DNA of 64,000 nt, from NCBI GenBank assembly GCA_963806035.1, contig CAWDWO010000022.1, positions 11,737 to 75,736 on the forward strand, written 5' to 3'. Below, piece after piece: positions 19,908 to 28,905 of this stretch; the first letter of the stretch is position 1, and each line of letters begins with the position of its first letter. Source of the DNA: Candidatus Krumholzibacteriota bacterium (GTDB lineage Bacteria > Krumholzibacteriota > Krumholzibacteriia > JAJRXK01). The notes under the pieces were generated by a model, which ran no database searches, was not told where the DNA came from, and worked only from the letters and a program-made list of their open reading frames with translations. The position numbers were made by a program, and so were the translations under genes.

Positions 19908-21005
19908 GCAGCCTGCCCCGACCAGCGGAGATAGGAGTCGATGAAGGTCCTCAGGTCGCCGTCGAGAACCCCTCTGGCGTCGCCAGTCTCCACCTCGGTG
20001 CGGTGATCCTTCACCTTGGTGTAGGGCTGCAGCACGTAGGAGCGGATCTGACTGCCGAAGTCGATCTTCATCTTGCTCTCCTCCAGCTCCTGCTGCTTCG
20101 CCTGCTCCTCCTCCAGCTTCAGGTGGTAGAGGCGCGTCTTGAGCATCTGCATCGCCGATTCGCGATTGCGGTGCTGGCTGCGCTCGTTCTGGCACTGCAC
20201 GACGATCCCGGTGGGAAGGTGGGTGATCCGAATCGCGCTGTCCGTCTTGTTGACGTGCTGTCCCCCCGCGCCACTCGCGCGATAGGTGTCCACCCGCAGA
20301 TCCTTGTCCTCGATCTCGACGTCGAAGTCCTGGTCCTCGACCAGCGGATACACGAAGACGGAGGCGAAGGAGGTGTGCCGGCGGCTCTGCGCGTCGAAGG
20401 GCGAAATCCGCACCAGACGATGGACGCCGCTCTCCCCCTTGAGATAGCCGTAGGCGAAGGACTCGGTGATCTCCACGGTGGCGCTCTTGATCCCCGCCTC
20501 GTCTCCCGGCGCGACTTCCATGAGCTTGAACTTCCAGCCCTCGGACTCGCAGAAGCGGCTATACATGCGCAGCAGCATCTCGGCCCAATCCTGGCTCTCG
20601 GTGCCTCCCGCACCGGGGTGGATTTCGATCATGGCTCCCTTGGAATCGTCGGGACCGCCGAGCATGTACTGGCCTTCCAGCTCGCCGATCTTCTTCTCGG
20701 CTGCCGCCAGGGTCCGCTCGACTTCTTTCTGGGCCTCGGGATCCTCCTCGCCCATCTCCAGGTAGAGCTCGGCTTCCTCCAGCGTCTTTTCCAGTTCGTG
20801 GAGAGGTTCGGTCCAGCGCTTGATTCGATTGGACTCCTCGATCACTTCGCGGGCCGAGTCCTGATCCGACCAGAAGTCCCCGGCCAGCATGGCCTTTTCC
20901 AGCTCCGCCAGACGAGCGTTCATCTGCGGGAGGTCAAAGACCCTCCTTGAGTCGAGTGGTTCTCTTGCGGATCTCTTGCAGAGAGGGTGTGCTTGCCTCG
21001 GTCAT
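19904..21005 (-). CDS. prfB: Peptide chain release factor 2, with programmed +1 frameshift
   Basis: ATG 21005 opens a 23-codon frame ending CTT-TGA-C (20939-20933) behind an internal SD (AAGGAGGG). The +1 frame continues DLPQMNAR... and contains the SPF and GGQ motifs. Confidence 0.95.
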
Positions 21006-21010
21006 CAGTC

Positions 21011-21679
21011 TCAATCCTCCGGATGCCGGTTCAAAACGTAGGGGTCACTCAGGACCAGGGAGCTTCCCAATAAAGCGTCCATGTTAAGTAGCAGTTCTCG
21101 TCGGACTTGGCTAGCTGAGTCCGTGGTATCCAGGACGTAATCGGCCTCGCCCTCGTGCTCGACGATCGCGGCCTGGCGTGACAGGCGTTCTCGCGCCTGC
21201 TCCTCGCTCAGCCCGTCCCGCTCCATGATGCGCCGCAGCTGGATCTCCGGCGCGGTCTTGGTCAAAAGGACCGCGTCACAGCGTATGCGCGGGGAGAAGA
21301 CGAAGTGAAGCGCGGCATCCACCACGATCAGGGCGGCGGCCTGGCTGCGCCGCAGCGCCACGATCCGCGCCTCGATCTCCTGCAAGAGCGGCGGATGCAC
21401 CAGCTCGTTCAGCTTTTGCAGGGCCATGGGATCGGAAAACACGATCGCACCCAAGCGAGCGCGATCGATGCGCCCGCGCTCACCCACGATCTCCGGCGAG
21501 AAGAACTCCTTCAAGCGAAGAACCGTCTCTTCTCGCAGGAGAATCTCGTGTCCCACGCGGTCTGCGTTCAGCACGAACGCGCCCCGTTGGGCCAACCACT
21601 CGCATACCGTGCTCTTGCCCGTACCGGTCTGGCCCGTGACCACCAGGACTTTCGCGCGCGCTTGTGTCGTTTCGTTCAC
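21011..21679 (-). CDS. coaE: Dephospho-CoA kinase
   Basis: TGQTGTGKS, IDRARLG..VF, LNELVHP and RIMERDGL. GTG start overlaps the polA stop. Confidence 0.9.
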   Translation of the reverse strand: MNETTQARAKVLVVTGQTGTGKSTVCEWLAQRGAFVLNADRVGHEILLREETVLRLKEFFSPEIVGERGRIDRARLGAIVFSDPMALQKLNELVHPPLLQEIEARIVALRRSQAAALIVVDAALHFVFSPRIRCDAVLLTKTAPEIQLRRIMERDGLSEEQARERLSRQAAIVEHEGEADYVLDTTDSASQVRRELLLNMDALLGSSLVLSDPYVLNRHPED

Positions 21680-24522
21680 GGTTTCGCCTCGGCCCAATTC
21701 TCGCCGAAGGAGATGTCGACGAGCAAAGGGACGCTCAGATCGAAGACCCCCTCCATCTCTTCGCGAACCACGGCGGCAATCTCGTCCCTGTGCTTCTTCT
21801 CCACTTCCAGAACCAGCTCGTCGTGCACCTGCAAGAGGAGATTCGCGGGCAGCGTTTCGCGCACGATCCTCGCATCCAGGCGAATCATGGCGACCTTGAT
21901 GAGGTCGGCGGCAGAGCCCTGGATGGGCGTATTCACCGCGACGCGCTCGCCGAAGGAGCGCTGACGGGGGTGGCTCGAGTTCAGTTCGGGGAGACGGCGG
22001 CGGCGGCCCAGGATGGTTCTCACTTCGCCCTCCTCCCTGGCTTTGGCGATGGTCTCGTCGATGAAGGCGCGGACCCTGGGAAAACGCGCGAAGTAGTCCT
22101 CGATGAACTGCTTGGCCTCAGAGCTCGAGACCGAGATCTGTTGCGCCAACGCGCGGGCGCCCATCCCGTAGAGAATTCCGAAGTTGATCGCCTTAGCACG
22201 GGCGCGCATCGAGGGCTCGACTTCGTCCAGACCGACACCCGCAACCTCTGCCGCGGTGCGCGCGTGAATGTCCTCCCCGCGCGCGAAGGAGGCGATCATC
22301 GCCTCGTCCTGGGCGAAGTGAGCCATCAAGCGCAATTCGATCTGCGAGTAGTCCGAAGCCAGCAGGCACCAGCCCTTCTCACGCGGAATGAAGGCCTCGC
22401 GGATCCTCTTTCCCAAGACGCTGCGCACGGGGATGTTCTGCAGGTTGGGGTCGGTACTGCTGAGCCGTCCCGTCGCCGCCACTGCCTGGTTGAAGGAGGT
22501 GTGAACGCAACCGGTCTTCGGATTCACCAGGCGTGGTAGAGCCTCGGCATAGGTGGAAAGCAATTTGGAAACGTGTCGGTATTCCAGCAGCGCCTTGGGC
22601 AAGGGGTGCTCCTCGGCGAGGCGGGTGAGCACCTCCACATCGGTGGAGTAACCGGTGGCGGTCTTCCTTCCCGTCTTCAGTCCGAGCTTACCGAAGAGGA
22701 TGGCCTGCAGCTGCTTGGGACTGTTCAGATTGAAGGGCTCGCCCGCGAGTTCGTGACACTCTTCCTCCAGTTTGCCCATGGTGGTTTTCAGCTCTTTGGC
22801 CAGGCTGTCCAGCTGATTGCTGTCGAGCCGGATTCCCCGCCGCTCCATCCGCAAGAGAACCTGGGAGAGGGGCAACTCGACTTCGTTCATGAGCCGATCG
22901 AGATTCTCGGCCACGAGTCGGGGACGGAAGATCTGGCTGAGACGGAGAGCAACGTCCGCATCCTCGGCTGCGTACTCCCCCACTCTCTTCAACGGCAGCT
23001 CGCGGATGTCTTTCGTGCCCGAACCCTTGAACAATTCGGAGTAGGTGATGGTGGAAAGTCCGAGTTCCTCCGCGGCGAGCACGTCGAGATTGTGTTGCCT
23101 CCGCTCGGGAGCGAGCAGATAGCTCGCGATCATGGTATCGAAATCCACCCGGCCGACCGGTGCCCCGTGCTGGTCCAGCACCAGCTGGTCGTACTTGAGA
23201 TTCTGCCCGAGGTAGGCTCGCTTGGGATCCGCGAATCGGGGCGCTACCCGCTTGCGGACCTCCTTCCACGGCAGACGAAGCTCTTCCTTCGATTCGGAAA
23301 AGAGGTCCGGGCCGGATTGGCCGCCCCCTCCGGACTCCACCGGGATGTAGTAGGCGCGACCCTCCTCCTTGCAGAGAGAGAGTCCCACCAGCTCGGCCTG
23401 CAACGGATCCAGCGAGGTCGTCTCGGTGTCCAGGGAGATGGGCCCATCGTGCCCGTCGAATTCTGCCAGGATTTCGTCGAGGCGCTCGAGGGACTCGACC
23501 AGCTCGTAGCGCCGATTGGCCGCGCCCTTGTGGTCTTCTTTCCGGTCTTCTTTCTGGTCCTCTTTCTGGTCCTCTTTCTGGTCTTTCCTCTGCGCTTCCT
23601 TCTCACCCTCTCCCTTGGTCTCTTCACTGAGCGAGGCGGAAGCTGGTCCTTGCCCCGAACTCTTGGGCAGGCGTTGCAACAGGCGCGTGAATTCGAGTTC
23701 GCGACACAACTCGTAGAAATCCGCGGGATACCCAGCCAGCTTGGCTTCGTCCCAGTTCATGCTCAGTGGCACGTTCTCGTCGATGGTCACCAGGCGCAGG
23801 CTCAACTCGATCATCTCGCGGTTCTCGAGCAGCTTCTCGCGGAGTTTGGGACGAATGCGAGAGTCGTCCAAATTCGCGAAAACGCCCTCGATGCTGCCGA
23901 AATCCGAGATGAGCTTGAGGGCGGTTTTCTCGCCCACGCCGGGAGCGCCCGGCACGTTGTCGGCCTTGTCCCCCATCAGGGCCAAAACCTGGAGAAACTG
24001 CGACGGGGCGAGACCGAGATCGCGCCGGATCGAGTCCTCGTCGAGGTAGAGGTCGTTGCCGCCCTTGCTCGCCGGCTTGAGAATTCCCACTCCGGGTCGG
24101 ACCAGCGGAATGAAGTCCTTGTCCCCCGAGTAGATCCAGGCTTCGTCACCGCGTTCGACGGCCTGCCGAGCCAGAGTGGCCAGCACGTCGTCGGCCTCGT
24201 AGCGCGGTGGGGACAGAAGTGGAAGCCCCATCGCGCGCACCAGCTCGTGGACGCGCGGCACCTGCTCGCTGAGCTCCTGCGGCATGGGCGGACGATTCGC
24301 CTTGTACTGGGGATACATTTCGTGCCGGAAGGTGTCGCCCTTGGCATCGAAGGCGACCACCATCATCTGCGCGCCCTCGTCCTCGCGGAGATGCACGAGT
24401 GCGGTGGCGACCCCGTAGGCGGCTGAAGTAGCTTCTCCGTGACTCGTGGTCAACGGTCTCCCGCGAAACGCAAAATGGCTGCGGTACAGAAGAGCCGACC
24501 CATCAACCAAGAGTAGTTTCAC
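21676..24522 (-). CDS. polA: DNA polymerase I
   Basis: 5'-3' exonuclease (YKANR, EADD, GDKADNVPG), 3'-5' exonuclease (DTETT, NLKYD, YAAED) and polymerase motifs (DYSQIELR, KAINFGILYG, VHDE). Confidence 0.97.
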   Translation of the reverse strand: MKLLLVDGSALLYRSHFAFRGRPLTTSHGEATSAAYGVATALVHLREDEGAQMMVVAFDAKGDTFRHEMYPQYKANRPPMPQELSEQVPRVHELVRAMGLPLLSPPRYEADDVLATLARQAVERGDEAWIYSGDKDFIPLVRPGVGILKPASKGGNDLYLDEDSIRRDLGLAPSQFLQVLALMGDKADNVPGAPGVGEKTALKLISDFGSIEGVFANLDDSRIRPKLREKLLENREMIELSLRLVTIDENVPLSMNWDEAKLAGYPADFYELCRELEFTRLLQRLPKSSGQGPASASLSEETKGEGEKEAQRKDQKEDQKEDQKEDRKEDHKGAANRRYELVESLERLDEILAEFDGHDGPISLDTETTSLDPLQAELVGLSLCKEEGRAYYIPVESGGGGQSGPDLFSESKEELRLPWKEVRKRVAPRFADPKRAYLGQNLKYDQLVLDQHGAPVGRVDFDTMIASYLLAPERRQHNLDVLAAEELGLSTITYSELFKGSGTKDIRELPLKRVGEYAAEDADVALRLSQIFRPRLVAENLDRLMNEVELPLSQVLLRMERRGIRLDSNQLDSLAKELKTTMGKLEEECHELAGEPFNLNSPKQLQAILFGKLGLKTGRKTATGYSTDVEVLTRLAEEHPLPKALLEYRHVSKLLSTYAEALPRLVNPKTGCVHTSFNQAVAATGRLSSTDPNLQNIPVRSVLGKRIREAFIPREKGWCLLASDYSQIELRLMAHFAQDEAMIASFARGEDIHARTAAEVAGVGLDEVEPSMRARAKAINFGILYGMGARALAQQISVSSSEAKQFIEDYFARFPRVRAFIDETIAKAREEGEVRTILGRRRRLPELNSSHPRQRSFGERVAVNTPIQGSAADLIKVAMIRLDARIVRETLPANLLLQVHDELVLEVEKKHRDEIAAVVREEMEGVFDLSVPLLVDISFGENWAEAKP
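23531..23590. repeat. In-frame 12-bp tandem repeat (about 5 copies) inside polA
   Basis: tggtcttctttc / cggtcttctttc / tggtcctctttc x2 / tggtctttcctc; encodes RKDQ-KEDQ-KEDQ-KEDR-KEDH. Confidence 0.9.
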
Positions 24523-25145
24523 GGAAGTATGTGCTCGCGATAGAGACCCTGCTTTTCGATGTAGTCGATGACCTTGGGGTTCATTCCCTTGGGCCGTTCG
24601 CCACGGGCCAAGCTCGCGCGCAGGTCCGTCGAGGAGAGGTTCACCGGCGGTCCGGTGAGCCAGATGATCGAGCTGCCCATCACCGCGGACATCTTGCGGC
24701 CTCCCTCGCCGAAGGCTCCGCTGCGCCTGAGATCGACCGAACGCGGCATGACCACCGGCGGGGCCATCTGCAAGAGCCGGCGCGGCTCTCTCCAGCGCGG
24801 AAGCTCGCGCAGACTATCCTCTCCCAGGAGAAGATAAAAACGCGCCCCGAGATGGGTATGCGTGAGCGCGTCCACGGTCTGTACCGAATAGGCCACTTCC
24901 TGTTGATCGATCTCGATGGTGCAGATGGCCAGTCCCTTGTGCCCTTCGATCGCGAGCTCCAACATCGCCAGACGATCCTCGGCGGGGCTCAAGACCTGTT
25001 CCGACTTGTGAGGCGGCTGCCACGCCGGCACGAACCAGACTTCCCGCAAGGACAGCTGCTTCTTGGCCCGCCGCGCGAGCTCCAGATGTGCATCGTGAAC
25101 CGGATCGAAGCTGCCCCCGAAGAGTCCTATCCCGTGCCGAGTCAT
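24519..25145 (-). CDS. nadD: Nicotinate-nucleotide adenylyltransferase
   Basis: GLFGGSFDPVH..H, PPHK, GEDSL..L..W and SSTDLR. ATG 25145 overlaps the bamD stop. Confidence 0.92.
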   Translation of the reverse strand: MTRHGIGLFGGSFDPVHDAHLELARRAKKQLSLREVWFVPAWQPPHKSEQVLSPAEDRLAMLELAIEGHKGLAICTIEIDQQEVAYSVQTVDALTHTHLGARFYLLLGEDSLRELPRWREPRRLLQMAPPVVMPRSVDLRRSGAFGEGGRKMSAVMGSSIIWLTGPPVNLSSTDLRASLARGERPKGMNPKVIDYIEKQGLYREHILP

Positions 25146-25924
25146 GAAGCGTCTCCCCCAGCCACCTTCTGCGCCTTCTGTGCTTTCTTCAGCAGCCTCT
25201 CGGCCTTTCCATGATCCACGAAATCGGGCCAACGATCCACGAGCTCACGGAGCGCGGTCACCGCATCCTGGTAGTTCTTCAGCTTGAGATCCGTCTGTCC
25301 CTTCAACATCAGGATCTTGGGCCGCAAGGGCGAATTGGGGCTCTCTTCGAGGATGTTGTCCAGAACTTGATTCGCCGCGACCAGATGTCCTCTCCGCTCG
25401 TAGAAAGCGGCGGAGTCGAAATGTTTGCGATCGAGCTTGGCCTGCAATTGATCGAGTTCGTCATGCACTTCCTTCACGTGCTTGCCGGAAGGATAGGTCT
25501 TCAAGTAGTGATTGAGCTTGTCCATCGCCTTCTTGGTAATCGTCTGATCGAGGCGATAGTCGGGGACTTGCTTCACATAGCTCAGTGCCTCGAGGTAGGC
25601 CGCATCATCCGCCAATTCACTGCTGGGATAGTCCACCTGCATGATCTCGAATTCCACCGCGGCCACCGGATAGTCCTCGGTTTCCATGTAGGATTTCCCT
25701 ACCAGAAATTGCGCATCGTCGGCCAGCGGATCCTGCGGATTCCTGCGAATGAACAGCTTCAGATCCTCGATCGCATCCAGAGTCGCGCCGCCCTCGGCCT
25801 CGGACTTTCCGCGCTCGTAGCTCCCCTCGGGCAGCGCGTTCCAGGGATGGCTGCAGCCGAATGCACCAACGAGCAAAAGCCCGAGCAGGAGAGTCAGCAG
25901 ATGCGAGCGGGCGTCAGTGAACAC
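25142..25924 (-). CDS. bamD: Outer membrane protein assembly lipoprotein BamD
   Basis: Lipobox (GAFG-C), TPR helices, YPSSELADDA, DQTIT, YPSG and AFYERRG..AA. GTG start at 25924. Confidence 0.85.
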   Translation of the reverse strand: MFTDARSHLLTLLLGLLLVGAFGCSHPWNALPEGSYERGKSEAEGGATLDAIEDLKLFIRRNPQDPLADDAQFLVGKSYMETEDYPVAAVEFEIMQVDYPSSELADDAAYLEALSYVKQVPDYRLDQTITKKAMDKLNHYLKTYPSGKHVKEVHDELDQLQAKLDRKHFDSAAFYERRGHLVAANQVLDNILEESPNSPLRPKILMLKGQTDLKLKNYQDAVTALRELVDRWPDFVDHGKAERLLKKAQKAQKVAGGDAS

Positions 25925-26861
25925 CGGAAGCCCTGAGCTCGACGATACGTTTCCTCGCTTCATCTCTACCGTTTCCACCCGCGTTTTGAGGAAGGTCCAG
26001 GCAACGTCGATAACTCTTGAGCGCCTCCTCCGGTTGTCCCAAGGCCTCGTAACACAGGCCCTCCTGATAATATGCTTCGGCCTGCTGGTCGACTTCGCAT
26101 TCCATCTGGTGAACCTCGTCCAGAAGTTTGAGGGCCGCCGAGGGAATCCCTCGCTCTCTCTGGTCCTTGGCCTGTGCGAGCAGGATGATACCGCTGCGAT
26201 AGCAAACCCGATCACGCCACACGCTCTCGGGTTCATCGCGCCAATCCGCCCAATAGCGCCGGTACTCCGCCAGACCCGCCTCCGGCAGTCCGCATTCCTC
26301 GTAGCTGCGACCTAAGAGATATCTCCAGCGTTGCTGATGGATCGTACTCTCGCCGCGGCGGGACAGCAGGTCCTGCAACACGGGAATGGCTTCCTTGTAC
26401 TTCTTGCCATCGAAAAGGAGTTTGGCGACATCCAGTTCGAGCTCACCCATCTGTGGCTTGTGGTCCCATAGATACGCTTGCTCCAGGCGGTGCGCCCCGC
26501 GCCCCTTCCAGTCGTTCTTCAGATCGCGTGCGGCGGCTTCTCGGTATTGATCGGCCGCTTTGAATGCAAGACTCGAATCCGCTGCCACGGCATTTTCGAA
26601 GGCCCGCAGCGCCGGCATGTCCTGATCCTGCTGGAGGAGCGCGACTCCCTTCCAGTAATCCAAACTCGGGTCGTGCTCACCCTTCTTCCGGTACAACTCG
26701 ATTCTGGCCTCGATCTCTTTGTATTCGTTTTGCTGCGCCAGCGCGCGGAACTCCTCATCGTGATTCTGCCCCGAGTTCTTCCCGCAGGCGAAGATCGAGA
26801 GAGCAGCCAACAGCGAGAGTGCCCAAACGGAGAGAGTAAACTTGCGGCTGTGCATCATCAT
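25914..26861 (-). CDS. TPR-repeat lipoprotein, function unknown
   Basis: Signal peptide ending IFA-C, with TPR-like repeats (YWKGVALL, YLLGRSYE, YYQEGLCYEALG). Confidence 0.8.
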   Translation of the reverse strand: MMMHSRKFTLSVWALSLLAALSIFACGKNSGQNHDEEFRALAQQNEYKEIEARIELYRKKGEHDPSLDYWKGVALLQQDQDMPALRAFENAVAADSSLAFKAADQYREAAARDLKNDWKGRGAHRLEQAYLWDHKPQMGELELDVAKLLFDGKKYKEAIPVLQDLLSRRGESTIHQQRWRYLLGRSYEECGLPEAGLAEYRRYWADWRDEPESVWRDRVCYRSGIILLAQAKDQRERGIPSAALKLLDEVHQMECEVDQQAEAYYQEGLCYEALGQPEEALKSYRRCLDLPQNAGGNGRDEARKRIVELRASGVH

Positions 26862-27511
26862 TGCGCTCCCGAGATGTACAGCGCCACGACGCCTCCCACG
26901 AGTCCCGCAATCGTGAGTTTCTCCAAGAGGCCCGCGTGGGTGCTGCTCGTGATATCCTGATTCGGACTGCTCACCCAGGTCGGTTGTCCGGCCTTCGCCG
27001 TCTGCAGTTGGCTGAGCGTCAAGCGGTCCGATAGCTGCGTGGAGGGTTGACCCTGCCAAAAGAGACGTCCATCGCCAAAGGACTCGAGACGGCCCTCGAT
27101 CCCGAGATCCAAGACTCTTCCGATGGTGGGCGTGCCAAGGCCGAGAAATCCGTGACGTTCCGAGGGGTATTTGAGCGACGCTTGCAACAACTTGTATTCC
27201 AGTACCAGGGTACCGGGCTGAGCGTCCTGGCCCTGTTTGAGAATCCACACATCGAATCCACGGTCCAGAAGCGCCGGAGCCAGAACATCCTGAAAGCTCT
27301 GATTGAAGCCGGATACCTGGCTGGCCCGCAGCGCTATCTTTGGAGTGTCGTCGGTCTTCTCCACCACGATCTTCTCCACCTGCTTGCTCAGATCCGCCGT
27401 CGCCTTCTCCACGAGTTCACGATTGCTCAGCGGCACCGCCGCTCGGCTCGCGGAGCAGTAGAATCCCAGCACCATCAACAGCGACAGGAGAAACGGAATC
27501 GTCAATCTCAT
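26858..27511 (-). CDS. Hypothetical exported protein with a C-terminal hydrophobic helix
   Basis: MRLTIPFLLSLLMVLGF...SRA signal peptide and terminal LTIAGLVGGVVALYI. Start/stop overlaps with both neighbours. Confidence 0.75.
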   Translation of the reverse strand: MRLTIPFLLSLLMVLGFYCSASRAAVPLSNRELVEKATADLSKQVEKIVVEKTDDTPKIALRASQVSGFNQSFQDVLAPALLDRGFDVWILKQGQDAQPGTLVLEYKLLQASLKYPSERHGFLGLGTPTIGRVLDLGIEGRLESFGDGRLFWQGQPSTQLSDRLTLSQLQTAKAGQPTWVSSPNQDITSSTHAGLLEKLTIAGLVGGVVALYISGAQ

Positions 27512-28905
27512 GCCAATCTCCCAGCTTGATCCCCTGCGTGTGCCCACAGGTCGTAGGGTCCACAGAATTTCGGAACGACATCCAGCATCTGCCCCGGGCT
27601 GAGTCCCTCTCCCGCCAGCCAAATCCCCCCATCGATACCCTCGCAAAATCCTTCGCTTCGGGCAAATGCCACCGGCTGGTCCTCTTCGAGTTCCTCCGCG
27701 ATATCCAGCGGTAGAGTGCTCAAATCGGCATCCGCGGCGTTCTCGTAGACTTCGTCCACCACGACCGAGAGCTTTTTACCCAAGAGCCTGCCCTTGCGTT
27801 CCAGCGCGAGATCCCAAGCGAGATCTTCCACCCGCGCGCGGCGATCCTCTTTTTCCGCGGGATCGATCGTGTCCGCGAGAGCGTAGGCGGAGGTCTGCTC
27901 CTCGTGGCTGTAGGCGAAAGTGACCAGATGGTCGAAGCTCACCTCGGCCAAGAAATCGAGCAAGGCCACGACGTCATCTTCTTCCTCCCCCGGAAAACCC
28001 AACAGAGCCGTGGTGCGGAGCATGATCTCGGGGCGCAGCTCGCGAAGACGCTCGATCTGGCGCCGCAAGCGCTCGGGGTCGTAGCCGCGGCCCATGGCCT
28101 TCAAGATCCGCGGAGAGGCGTGCTGGATGGGAATGTCGAGATAGGACACCACCTTCTCGACTTGGTAGACCTCGTTCATGAGCTCGTCGCTGAACATCGG
28201 TGGATACGCGTACATGATGCGAATCCAGCGCAAATCCTCGATCGCGTCGAGCGCCCGGCACAGCTCCCCCAGCCGCGGCTTGTTCGGCAGGTCCACCCCG
28301 TAGGCGGAGCTGTTCTGCGCGATCAGAATGAGTTCTCGGACTCCACCCGCGACCAGGGCCCGCGCCTCTTGCACGATCTGCTCCACCGGGCGACTGCGCT
28401 GCTTGCCTCTCAGTGCGGGGATCTTGCAGAAGGAACAGCTCTGGTTGCAACCCTCGGCGATCTTGATGTGGGCGACGTGACGCAATCTACCCGGGCTGCG
28501 CACTCCGTAGCCCGCATAGGGCGCTTCCTCCGGAGCGGCCAGCGGGAAATCGACCGTCTTCTGGCGGAAGAGTTGTTCCAACTTGTCGTATTGGCCGACT
28601 CCGAGAACATGATCGACTTGCGGCACCAGCTCCAGAATCGGATGAGTCTGTCCCTGGACGAAACATCCCATCACCACGAACTTCGCGTCGCCCTTCAGCA
28701 GAGCGAGCTCGCGAATTCGCTCCATCGATTCACTGCGCGCGGCCGCGAGGAAACCGCAGGTGTTGAGCACCACGAGCTCGGCATCCTCGGGGCTTTCGAC
28801 CGGTCGAAAGCCCCGCTGCTGCAGAAGGCCCATCGCGGCCTGCGAATCGACGAGGTTCTTTTCGCAGCCCAAAGTCTCCAGATATACGCGCGGCGATGAG
28901 CTCAT
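27508..28905 (-). CDS. rimO: Ribosomal protein uS12 methylthiotransferase
   Basis: LGCEKNLVDS, NTCGF, radical SAM motif CNQSCSFC, WIRIMYAYP and YLDIPIQH. Confidence 0.93.
   Translation of the reverse strand: MSSSPRVYLETLGCEKNLVDSQAAMGLLQQRGFRPVESPEDAELVVLNTCGFLAAARSESMERIRELALLKGDAKFVVMGCFVQGQTHPILELVPQVDHVLGVGQYDKLEQLFRQKTVDFPLAAPEEAPYAGYGVRSPGRLRHVAHIKIAEGCNQSCSFCKIPALRGKQRSRPVEQIVQEARALVAGGVRELILIAQNSSAYGVDLPNKPRLGELCRALDAIEDLRWIRIMYAYPPMFSDELMNEVYQVEKVVSYLDIPIQHASPRILKAMGRGYDPERLRRQIERLRELRPEIMLRTTALLGFPGEEEDDVVALLDFLAEVSFDHLVTFAYSHEEQTSAYALADTIDPAEKEDRRARVEDLAWDLALERKGRLLGKKLSVVVDEVYENAADADLSTLPLDIAEELEEDQPVAFARSEGFCEGIDGGIWLAGEGLSPGQMLDVVPKFCGPYDLWAHAGDQAGRLA

Noticed and set aside
19818..20195. 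Long N-terminal extensions in the ORF track for lysS, and likewise aroB, bamD, rsmD, accB, accC, nadD and lpxK
   Set aside because: They overlap upstream genes in another frame. Downstream starts with an RBS or ATGA/GTGA coupling fit the families better.
23531..23590. Tandem repeat considered as a CRISPR array or intein
   Set aside because: There are no spacers, the units are 12 bp and in frame, and no cas genes or intein motifs are present.
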